DNA of 36,336 nucleotides, taken from the NCBI GenBank assembly GCA_037128175.1, contig JBAXWY010000028.1:1-36336 (forward strand). Reading direction: 5' to 3'. The notes beneath the pieces are model-generated. The model was not told the DNA's origin. It searched no databases and was given only the letters and a program-made list of their open reading frames with translations. Source of the stretch: Methanothrix sp. Lineage in GTDB: Archaea; Halobacteriota; Methanosarcinia; Methanotrichales; Methanotrichaceae. The position numbers were made by a program, and so were the translations under genes. Shown here piece after piece: positions 1 to 8,016 of this stretch (the stretch's first letter is position 1; every line of letters starts with the position of its first letter).

Positions 1-216
1 TCTGCTCCAGATGCTGCGTTGCTTGTGGTAATTTATCTTCTTCTTGCCCTCTGACCTGAGCACTCCCGAGATCTGCAGGACCTTGGCTATGCTTTGGCGA
101 GGAAGACCAAGCTCCAGGTAATCCACCTTCTCCTGACTCTCCAGGATCAAGAGCGAATCAGGATCAGCGCCAGCGTCCGCTAGCATTTGTAAGGTATCTT
201 TTGGCCTGAACGGCAT
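1..216 (-). CDS. Hypothetical protein, partial (runs off the window edge)
   Basis: Manual translation MPFRPKDTLQMLADAGADPDSLLILESQEK... is open to position 1; GAGGT RBS just upstream. Confidence 0.7.
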   Translation of the reverse strand, partial: MPFRPKDTLQMLADAGADPDSLLILESQEKVDYLELGLPRQSIAKVLQISGVLRSEGKKKINYHKQRSIWSR

Positions 217-224
217 AAAAACCT

Positions 225-419
225 CTATTTTCGGTTTGCTAATTCCAGGGCACGGTCCCAATCTTCCGGCGTTGGGGCTCGTGGGAGGTAGACCACAGAG
301 CCTGGAGCTTCGCCCATCTCCTCGGCGTAGATCTCCTCCAACCCTGGATCATCTGCCATCATGGCCAGCAACTCCCTGTCGAGCTTGGCCATCTCTTCAA
401 AGATCTTCTCTACTTCCAT
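225..419 (-). CDS. Small acidic hypothetical protein
   Basis: 64-aa ORF, tightly packed in the minus-strand operon. Confidence 0.6.
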   Translation of the reverse strand: MEVEKIFEEMAKLDRELLAMMADDPGLEEIYAEEMGEAPGSVVYLPRAPTPEDWDRALELANRK

Positions 420-441
420 CTCAAGAACATATCTGACTTCA

Positions 442-741
442 TCATTTATATATTATTCTGCTTCTCTTCTGTTCTTTCAACCTCCTGTAATGCTCTATCT
501 CCTGCCTTGATCTTCTCATGGGCTGGGACTTTTTGGGTTCAGTGCCGCAACTCGGACAATGTGGAACCTGTCGCCCGTCGAAAATTACAGCCTCCTGTTT
601 GCAGTGCGGACACATTCGAGGCCGGAAGAGGGTGATATCTTCAAGCTCAACTTTCTCGAAACGCCAGAAACGGCCAGCTTTGCCACCATGATGTTCAGTG
701 GCAAGTCTTGTCCCAGGCTCCCGGAGGGGCTCAAGAAACAT
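442..741 (-). CDS. Zinc-ribbon protein
   Basis: CPHC...CPSC motif pair and basic C-terminus; start uncertain. Confidence 0.65.
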   Translation of the reverse strand: MFLEPLREPGTRLATEHHGGKAGRFWRFEKVELEDITLFRPRMCPHCKQEAVIFDGRQVPHCPSCGTEPKKSQPMRRSRQEIEHYRRLKEQKRSRIIYK

Positions 742-846
742 CGATAGAGTCCTCCGAAAAGAGTCTGCTCACGAGCAAAGCCTGAGCATTATAAGGAACT
801 GTAATTCTTATTATATTTAAGGATTTGTAATAAGGGGATGTCCACT

Positions 847-1116
847 TCACGACTTAACCTCCAAAGCAATCTCAGATAGATCGGCATGGAGGGGCTCTAC
901 CTGTACCATGAAAGCCTTGGCCAGGTCCTCAATATCGCGATCAATCCCAGGAAGGTGCATCATGCGGGCCATCTCGGCCAGGATCTTGAAGCTCATCCGG
1001 AGGTCAGAGGGAAAGCTGTGCATGTCGTATTCGTCTTCCCTGAGGCGGCCTGTGATCTCTCCCAGAGCGGTCCTGGTGCTATCCAAGGCCGCGGAACAGA
1101 GGCGGCACATCCTCAA
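847..1116 (-). CDS. Hypothetical protein (N-terminal CxxC)
   Basis: TTG start overlaps the TGA of the upstream ORF; GGAGGTG RBS. Confidence 0.6.
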   Translation of the reverse strand: MRMCRLCSAALDSTRTALGEITGRLREDEYDMHSFPSDLRMSFKILAEMARMMHLPGIDRDIEDLAKAFMVQVEPLHADLSEIALEVKS

Positions 1117-1283
1117 TCCGCCACCTCCTGAATCTCGATAGTTACCAGAACACGCTTTCCTCTGGCCCCTTCCAGGAACTGGTTTGCGTCTCCGATGAGA
1201 GACCCCGGCATTTCCAGGCTGAAATGAACGGAGCCCATCATGCCAAAGCTGGTCAGGAGAGTCCCTGCAAACTCCTTTCTCAC
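1113..1283 (-). CDS. 56-aa hypothetical protein (not in ORF track)
   Basis: MRKEFAGTLLTSFGMMGSVHFSLEMPGSLIGDANQFLEGARGKRVLVTIEIQEVAD*; start and stop both overlap neighbouring ORFs. Confidence 0.55.
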   Translation of the reverse strand: MRKEFAGTLLTSFGMMGSVHFSLEMPGSLIGDANQFLEGARGKRVLVTIEIQEVAD

Positions 1284-1366
1284 GCGGTCGCCCCCATTAG
1301 AGGAGCCTTTTGCCTAAGCTTGAGATCCTCGGCGCTCAGGCTATTGACACCCACAATTTGGCACAT
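1280..1366 (-). CDS. 28-aa micro-ORF
   Basis: MCQIVGVNSLSAEDLKLRQKAPLMGATA*; GGTGA RBS; GTGA overlap with the next ORF. Confidence 0.35.
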   Translation of the reverse strand: MCQIVGVNSLSAEDLKLRQKAPLMGATA

Positions 1367-1734
1367 CTCGCTCTCACCACACGATTCTGCGATACATTTC
1401 CGGTGAAACGCAATCTATAGGCGCGAATTTGTTACCTGCCTAGCGCCCACACGCCAGACAGGAACGAAGACACATCTCACCGCATGACCGAACAAATCAC
1501 GACTATTTAAATATTGTAGCAGTATGGGGATAAACTAGGCCTTAGTTTTGATCAAGTAAAAATTGCTTACTTACGCGAAGCATAACGATTAATCAGATGG
1601 ATATTAGAGACGGTATCATGTCAATACATGGCAAAACAGTTTTATATTTTGCTGGCAAACGCCAAATAAGGAAATGTAATACGAATCATAGATAAGATAC
1701 CTGTTTACGGGGGATGAAGGCAGAAGAATTATGT

Positions 1735-1772
1735 CTTCGCGACGAAAGAGTATGGGCTCCTTCGTCGCAAAG
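1735..1772. other. Stem-loop
   Basis: GCGACGAA/TTCGTCGC perfect stem, extended by GAG/CTC inside and CTT/AAG outside. Confidence 0.5.
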
Positions 1773-2155
1773 TTGCCAACGCCAGTGGTGAGATGGCGAT
1801 GTGCCTACCGACCTGCCTGACATCCGGTGCCGAGACCTTGCAAGCCATGGCTAACCTAGAAGTAAAGAGGCAAGTCTGATGATATATGTAGAGCAACAAG
1901 ATAAAAGGCTTTGCGTTATAGCTTATTGCACAGCTACAAGCTTTTTTGGCCTTTCTCTAGCCCAAAATCAAACTGCGACGGAGCATCCGAGCAGCAAGCT
2001 GGAGGGAATTACATCCAAAATTAAAATAGAAAGATTGACACGGAGAGCTGCCCTTGCTCTCCGAGGCCTGTTGCGAGTCTTTGGGAGGTTCGCAAAACCA
2101 CAACGCGGTCCGGAGTTGCAATCATGAATCTCGGAACTGGCTGGGGTTTACAGGC

Positions 2156-3106
2156 ATGAATCTGGTTGTCGTCCCAGATATAAACTCTTTTCGCACTGCG
2201 CAGGAGCTTTCTTCATCTGAGCCGACACAGCTCAGGAGAACCATTGCAGAGCTCGAGGCCAGGATAATGGAACAAGATTCTCTTATTGCCCAGCAAAATG
2301 GGGGCATCGAGAACCTGGCCAACAGGCTCAAGCAGCGAGAGCTAGAGCTAATCGACATCAAGAAGACGCGCAGCAAAACGAGCCAAGGGCTCAATACTCC
2401 TGAGAGCTTCGAGCACACCCTGGAAAGAGATCGGTTGGTGAAGGCCAACAAGAACATGGAGGCCCTGATCGAAGAATTCGAAGAGGGCTTCTGGACTCTC
2501 TTATCCGAGCAGCGCCAGGGGCTGGATGAATGCCTGAAGTCCCTTGGGCAGCTCCCCGCCACCCCCGAGACGAAGAGCCTCTACGCCCATATCAAGAAGG
2601 AGTGGCAAGCCATCGAGGCGGCAAAGAAACGAGGCACAATATCTCCTGTGAACGCCCTGCGGCAATTGGCCGACCTGGAACGGGCCGTTGTAACATTCAT
2701 CCTGTGCAGGCCCAGGCTGAGCCTGACCACTGTCGATACCTTGCGGGCCGAGATCCTCCTGGAGGCCTTTACAACAGACCGCAAATTGAAACAGCTTACC
2801 ACTAACGATTCTATAAGGACCATCTCCGCCAAAGAGGAGAGGAAGATCTACAGGGAGCAGGCCCTGCGAGCCATGCGCCGCGCTGCTGCGCTCTTCCCGG
2901 ATCAGGTCAATTTTGAGAAGAAGGGCAAGGCGGCCAGGATCATCAAGATCAACGAGGGATTCGGCGCGAATTTGGCCCAACGATGCATGATAACAGTTTG
3001 TTACGCAATTTGTTATTGTCACAGTTTGTTACAATCTTCCTGCGAGCTGCCGGAAGGTGTGGTTTGTACATTAGGGGGAATCTTCAGGGATACAGTGGCC
3101 TTTTGA
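2156..3106 (+). CDS. Coiled-coil protein with C-terminal wHTH-like domain; paralog of 4114..4782
   Basis: Long ORF; ATG 2156 preferred over TTG 2054; N-terminal heptads; C-terminal motif aligns with the 4114 ORF. Confidence 0.75.
   Translation: MNLVVVPDINSFRTAQELSSSEPTQLRRTIAELEARIMEQDSLIAQQNGGIENLANRLKQRELELIDIKKTRSKTSQGLNTPESFEHTLERDRLVKANKNMEALIEEFEEGFWTLLSEQRQGLDECLKSLGQLPATPETKSLYAHIKKEWQAIEAAKKRGTISPVNALRQLADLERAVVTFILCRPRLSLTTVDTLRAEILLEAFTTDRKLKQLTTNDSIRTISAKEERKIYREQALRAMRRAAALFPDQVNFEKKGKAARIIKINEGFGANLAQRCMITVCYAICYCHSLLQSSCELPEGVVCTLGGIFRDTVAF
2993..3032. repeat. Iteron-like direct repeats ACAGTTTGTTAC
   Basis: Exact copies at 2993-3004 and 3021-3032, degenerate copy at 3005-3016, inverted-like GTAACAAAC near 3220. 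Confidence 0.5.
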
Positions 3107-3450
3107 AAGAAGTTAATCAAAGAAGATGACATGAAACAGGATGTTATGTTAGTTTACGGTTTATTTGTCTCGGGGTCTTAGGTCGGGGAGTCTGAGGGGT
3201 CTAGAGAGAAACCGAGGATGTAACAAACGGTTACAATAGTGAGTCGCGAAATAATGGCCTCAATGAAAACGTCTATCTGATAAGATGAGCCGAAAGAAAA
3301 GACATTTTAGCCCCTTAAAATTCAGATCCTGATATTCATTTAACCCAACTTTGTAAACAAGAGCGAATATAATAAATAAAATTTATTAGATAATCTTCAT
3401 AGAAAAACATAGAATACGCTTAAATACGCAAAATTAGGAAACACTTGTGT

Positions 3451-3612
3451 ATGGGTGTAGCGAAGGTAAAAGTTACGGCATCGATCAAAGGAGACCTTGT
3501 CGATTGGGTTGATAAAGAAGTGGACAAGAGTCGCTTTGCCAGCAGAACTCATGCTGTGGAATATGCCTTAACTAAGCTTAAAGAAGCCGACAATCTAGCG
3601 CTTCCAAACTAG
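3451..3612 (+). CDS. Ribbon-helix-helix (CopG-like) regulator, 53 aa (not in ORF track)
   Basis: MGVAKVKVTASIKGDLVDWVDKEVDKSRFASRTHAVEYALTKLKEADNLALPN*; TTAAATA box about 25 nt upstream. Confidence 0.85.
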   Translation: MGVAKVKVTASIKGDLVDWVDKEVDKSRFASRTHAVEYALTKLKEADNLALPN

Positions 3613-4113
3613 CATTCAAACCTAGATCGAGCTTTAAGCATAACCCAGAAGAATACAGACGATCGTATAGAGAAATAGGAATAAAACTTAGATAAAATAT
3701 ATTTCAGCCCAGGGCTGGTACCCCTGGACCGAAAAACCCCTAAGAATGGAATTCAATTATGATAGAGATAGCTTTAGCTGGGATATATAGTTTTGCATCA
3801 GAACCGCCCAATCACAATCTACTAAAGGATTTTCTCAACAAAATTAAAATATTTTCTTATAAAGTCGCGAGTCTCGTAGAGAATATTCGTTTAATTAAAA
3901 TTATTTGTAATCAATAATAGCTTGTAAAAATTGTTTCCGGCCCAGGTGTTACGAGCACCTGGACTGGGATACTCCGAGCAGGAGCGTTCGTGTATGGTAA
4001 ATTTAGCCTTGGCTAGAATAAATAGCTTTGCATCCGAGCCTGATACAGGTTTTCCTCCAGGCAATGTAGCGTCGCACGAAAATGTATCCTCAAGGTTTGC
4101 GGTGGCGGTCTGA

Positions 4114-4782
4114 ATGGACATCTTCCAAACAGACGAGATCCTCGAGATCCCTGTCTCCGAGATTCAAGCCTTATTCAAGGACTTGATCCAGGTCTACGAT
4201 ACCTTGAACGAGGTCCTCAAGGATGCCGGAATCCTGCGAGGCCGTGAGCTGGCCGAGATGAATACTAAGGCTAGCCGTGCCGTTGAAGCCGAGAAATCGC
4301 CTGTTGGAAAGCTCGTTCTTCTCAATGCCTACATCAAAAAGGAAATCTGGCATATTCACAATGCTTTAAAGACGAGGCCCGCCTCTGCGCCCACAGAGGA
4401 AGGAAAAATCAGGCAAGCAATCACAAAGATTCAGTTGAGAGCTTCCGCTATTGTAGAGCATGTAAAGACCATTGCCCAGGGAAGGAAGGAAGTCGCCTTC
4501 AACTCCTGCCAGGCCCGAGACTTCCTATCAGGCAGAGAGGGAAAACCGCCCAGTCGTCGCGACACAATCAGAGCTCTGAAGAGAGCTGAGAAGATCTGTC
4601 CGGCCTTGGCCTGCGACCATACTCCCAATGATGGACGCCAAACCACAAGGTTAACTGCAACCGTTGAAGACTTAAAACAATCTGATATTATAAAAGTGGA
4701 GCGTGACTGTGACACAAGGCAACGGTCGCGAATGGATGAGCTTAGGGTTATCTTCTTTAAAGAGCCAGGAAGCCACGTTTAA
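4114..4782 (+). CDS. Helical protein with C-terminal wHTH-like domain; paralog of 2156..3106
   Basis: 222-aa ORF; LSGREGKPPSRRDTIRALKRA aligns with ISAKEERKIYREQALRAMRRA. Confidence 0.75.
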   Translation: MDIFQTDEILEIPVSEIQALFKDLIQVYDTLNEVLKDAGILRGRELAEMNTKASRAVEAEKSPVGKLVLLNAYIKKEIWHIHNALKTRPASAPTEEGKIRQAITKIQLRASAIVEHVKTIAQGRKEVAFNSCQARDFLSGREGKPPSRRDTIRALKRAEKICPALACDHTPNDGRQTTRLTATVEDLKQSDIIKVERDCDTRQRSRMDELRVIFFKEPGSHV

Positions 4783-5018
4783 ATTGTCATGATAACGCCC
4801 TAAAAAGTACACAAAAATTTATTCTGTCGGGTAGTAGAGAGATTAGTTAGCTAGCTTTAGTTTACGGTATAGCAACGAATCAAGGCAGAATCAATTATAA
4901 TAGCAATTTAATATTATTAAATCAAGAAGATAGATCTTCACTTCAGACCGTTGCCAAAGGCAACGCAATATACAGTAGAAAAATGTTTTTATAGAACCTG
5001 AGATACTGATGATAGATA

Positions 5019-5329
5019 ATGAGGAGAAGTCCGGAGAAGATCACAGAAGATATCCTATCCTAAGAATCTGTACAGAGGCAACTGGCAAGACCAAAATCGT
5101 TTATCAGTGCAATCTTAATTTCCATACCGTAAATATACATCTTCAACGATTGATTAATGCCAGTCTCCTCAAATCCTCTGGGTCCGAAGATAACCCATCT
5201 TATAGGACTACCGCGAAGGGAATAGAAGTCCTGGGGCACATCAATGTACTCAGAGATCTTCTTACCGCAGTCCCCGGCTCTCAGGGTAGACTTGTTGTTC
5301 CTGAAGGTCAGGAAGATCAAGAGCAGTGA
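5019..5329 (+). pseudogene. ArnR1-like archaeal winged-helix regulator, frameshifted
   Basis: Removing one copy of the TATCC duplication (5051-5060) restores MRRSPEKITEDILRICTEATGKTKIVYQCNLNF...YRTTAKG. Confidence 0.75.
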
Positions 5330-5467
5330 GGTAAATGAATCATATTGTGTAGATCATCATTACCATCACGCTTTTATGTAATTCGCCTTTTCCTTTTGTG
5401 TAAAAATGGTTTAATGCTATCCTTTTCCGGCCAAACTACTTATTCTCACAGGGCCAAAGGGTATAGT

Positions 5468-5716
5468 ATGGCAGGAGTTCTTGAGCGGTTAATGGGTCCT
5501 CAGAATCAGAGGCGTTTAGTGCAGCGTTCCGGAAAGGCTCCCTGGGTGGATTCCAAGGTCCTGGAGCTCCAAACGGCCATGGAGATCCTGGCCGAGGTCT
5601 TCTGCATCAGGATCTCGGATGTGGAGGAGATGCTCCGAGAGCGCAGTAAGGTGGAGATCCAATCATGCAGGGGGGAAGTTGCCCTTTGGCCAGAGAGCTT
5701 CTGTCTGGCTGATTAG
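5468..5716 (+). CDS. Hypothetical protein (MAGVLERLM...)
   Basis: 82-aa ORF; related N-terminal fragment at 12973. Confidence 0.6.
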   Translation: MAGVLERLMGPQNQRRLVQRSGKAPWVDSKVLELQTAMEILAEVFCIRISDVEEMLRERSKVEIQSCRGEVALWPESFCLAD

Positions 5717-5768
5717 GGCTCCATCTCACACTTTTCTAGATCAAGGCGATCTCTTTCGTCTCTTAAAT

Positions 5769-6731
5769 TCACTGCTTCCCATTTCCTTCATTTATTCGCT
5801 TCAATATCTTCTCGCACAGCTCCGGGTAGGCTTCCTTGAGCGCGTTCTCCACCATCTCCCGGGCCTTGGTGGATTTGCGGTATTGCAGGAGTGTCGTCTC
5901 CCTGCGGTTTAATAGCATCAACTGCTGGCTTTCCAGGACGGCAAGCAGCAGCGGGGAGTAGAGTGATATCTTGGGCGACTTCAGGGCCTGAGCGACCGCC
6001 TGGTCTATTATGTCATCTGTCATGACTCCCGACTCTTGAGTCTCGTTTCTGGACTTTTTCATCTCTTCTTGACTCTGGGGTCTGGTCTCCTGAATCTGGG
6101 CTGTTGACTCCGGAGTCATGACTCTGGACTCTGGAAGACTGACGCTTGACTCAAGTCTCACATATTTCTCTTCCGGTGCAGTAATTCCCGACTCTGGAGT
6201 CTTGACTCCCGACTCCTGACTCTGTGTGCTGGGGTCTTGAAGCTTGATGCTTGATTCCTGACTCTGCACTCTGTAATCCTGAGTCTTGACTCCGGACTCC
6301 TGAACCCTGATGCTTGACTCCTGTTTCACATCTTTCTCTTCCGGTGCAGTTATTCCCGACTCTTGACTCCTGACTCTTGAATCCTGACTCAAGGTTCTGG
6401 GGTCTTGAAGCCTGTGCCCTGCTTCTTGCTTCTTAAATCCCGACTCTGGAGTCGTGACTTTTGCTTCTTGAAGCCTGACGTTTGTTTCATGTTTCACATC
6501 TCTTTCTTCAGCGGCAATAATTTCTAAATTCTGAGTCGTGACTCCTGACTCCTGACTCTGGGTGCCGGGGTCTTGAAGCTGGACGCTCTTGTCTTGACTC
6601 TCCTCTCCTGGCTCCTGAGTCATGACTCCTGACTCTTGAAGCGTGCCTTCTGACTCAGGTTTCTTGCTTTTTGGCTCTATGCCTTTCAGCATGAAGTCAA
6701 GCCCTTTCGTCATGCGATCTCCTGGGCTCAT
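5769..6731 (-). CDS. ParA partner: heptapeptide-repeat linker plus probable RHH-like C-terminal DNA-binding domain
   Basis: ATGA overlap with the parA stop; N-terminal KGLDFML; QESGVxT repeats; C-terminal strand-helix-helix pattern. Confidence 0.75.
   Translation of the reverse strand: MSPGDRMTKGLDFMLKGIEPKSKKPESEGTLQESGVMTQEPGEESQDKSVQLQDPGTQSQESGVTTQNLEIIAAEERDVKHETNVRLQEAKVTTPESGFKKQEAGHRLQDPRTLSQDSRVRSQESGITAPEEKDVKQESSIRVQESGVKTQDYRVQSQESSIKLQDPSTQSQESGVKTPESGITAPEEKYVRLESSVSLPESRVMTPESTAQIQETRPQSQEEMKKSRNETQESGVMTDDIIDQAVAQALKSPKISLYSPLLLAVLESQQLMLLNRRETTLLQYRKSTKAREMVENALKEAYPELCEKILKRINEGNGKQ
6024..6660. repeat. Intragenic 7-bp GANTCnn satellite with 168-bp higher-order unit
   Basis: e.g. 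gactctg gagtctt gactccc gactcct gactctg; register kept from 6071 to about 6590; TTCCGGTGCAGT at 6171 and 6339. Confidence 0.9.
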
Positions 6732-7468
6732 GCCGCCACCTCATCTGCCAGATCTTTGTAGCCCAGTGCCCCTGAGCAGGATGGATCATAGAGACATATT
6801 GGCAGGCCCTGGGACGGAGCCTCCACCAGCCGCACATTCTCGGGAATAACGACTTTGAAGACGGCATCTCCCAATAGGCTCCTGATCTTGGTGGACACCT
6901 CTTCGGTTATCTTCCGTCTGTTGTCGCACATGGTGAGAAGGTATCTTCTCTCCGGCTGATAGCCCAGTTCATCAAGCTCATCCAGCATTCTGATGAGTGT
7001 CTTCAGTCCTTCTACTGCGAAGAATTCCACTTGGACTGGGACAATAACCCTATCACTGGCCACAAGTGCGTTCAGGGTCATGTTGCCCAGGGCTGGGGGC
7101 GTGTCGATGATTACATAATCGTAGTTCAACGCCTGGACCTTCTTTCTGAGGCGTTTCTCACGGCCCACTTTGCTGGTTAGGACCGCATCGGCCTCAACGA
7201 GGTCGTTATTTGTGGGGGCGATATCAAGCCCTTTTACGGTCGTGGGTATGATGATGTCCTCCAGCTTGGTCCTATCCATCATGACCTCGTTCATGTTCTT
7301 GGGCAGGTTGTCTTTGTCAATGCCAAGATGGGTGGTCGAAGAGCCCTGTGGGTCGAGGTCTATCAGCAGAACATGAGAACCTCGCAGGGCGAGATATGCG
7401 GCCAGATTGACGGTGGTCGTGGTCTTGCCGCACCCACCCTTTTGGTTGGCTATTGCTATTACCTCCAT
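6728..7468 (-). CDS. parA: ParA/Soj family ATPase
   Basis: ANQKGGCGKTTT deviant Walker A, IDLDPQG, YVIIDTPP, ENVRLVEAPSQGLP. Confidence 0.96.
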   Translation of the reverse strand: MEVIAIANQKGGCGKTTTTVNLAAYLALRGSHVLLIDLDPQGSSTTHLGIDKDNLPKNMNEVMMDRTKLEDIIIPTTVKGLDIAPTNNDLVEADAVLTSKVGREKRLRKKVQALNYDYVIIDTPPALGNMTLNALVASDRVIVPVQVEFFAVEGLKTLIRMLDELDELGYQPERRYLLTMCDNRRKITEEVSTKIRSLLGDAVFKVVIPENVRLVEAPSQGLPICLYDPSCSGALGYKDLADEVAA

Positions 7469-7508
7469 AACTGTAAACTCTTCATGAATGTCTATAAGGA
7501 TTGTGCTT

Positions 7509-7585
7509 GACTCTGGAGTCTGGTATCTGGATGCAAGGGTCAGGATGCTGGAGTCAGGAGTACGGAGTCATGACTCTGGATTCAG
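7509..7585. repeat. 11 tandem heptamers upstream of parA (candidate parS/operator)
   Basis: gactctg gagtctg gtatctg gatgcaa gggtcag gatgctg gagtcag gagtacg gagtcat gactctg gattcag. Confidence 0.8.
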
Positions 7586-7963
7586 GCCTCTCTTGCAGGC
7601 CATACGGGAGAGCCTGCAGCCAGGCCAGGTGTGGCTCTTCCCCGGCCGGAGCTCCGGACATCTGTGCACCAAGACGGTGCTCAGGACCATAGACCGCCTG
7701 GCAGAAGAGGCCGGGATCCAGGAGGTTTCGCCCAGGCAGAAGCTCTCCCGGAAGAAGGTCACGCCCCACATCCTCAGGCACAGCCATGTGGTGAATGCGC
7801 TCATGGCCGGCGTGCCGGTGCCCATGATTCAGATAGCCGGGTGGGGCACAAGAGGCTGTCTACGACGGAGATTTACGCTACCGTGGCGCCAGCGCTGGTG
7901 AAGGAGGCTTACGATCTGCATGGATTCGGACCGGTGCTCACCAGAGTAAAGCCGACCTGTTAG
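7586..7963 (+). pseudogene. Tyrosine recombinase C-terminal remnant, frameshifted
   Basis: WLFPGR...VTPHILRHSH in one frame, VGHKRLSTTEIY in another; N-terminal half absent. Confidence 0.88.
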
Positions 7964-7966
7964 AAA

Positions 7967-7992
7967 GATGGAGACACTGGCAAGTCTCCATC
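7967..7992. terminator. Hairpin between convergent genes
   Basis: GATGGAGAC-N8-GTCTCCATC, 9-bp perfect stem. Confidence 0.5.
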
Positions 7993-8016
7993 CAATCGAT
8001 TATGCTTGTTGATCGG

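Noticed and set aside
1420-2974. GGCGCGAATTTG at 1420 and 2963
   Set aside because: A single 12-bp match within about 3 kb is plausible by chance and has no parallel context.
6024-7585. Heptad arrays as a CRISPR array
   Set aside because: Contiguous degenerate 7-mers with no unique spacers, and no cas genes in the window.
7488-7901. 137-aa ORF as an intact integrase
   Set aside because: The N-terminus is translated heptad array; box I is missing and the catalytic Tyr is out of frame.
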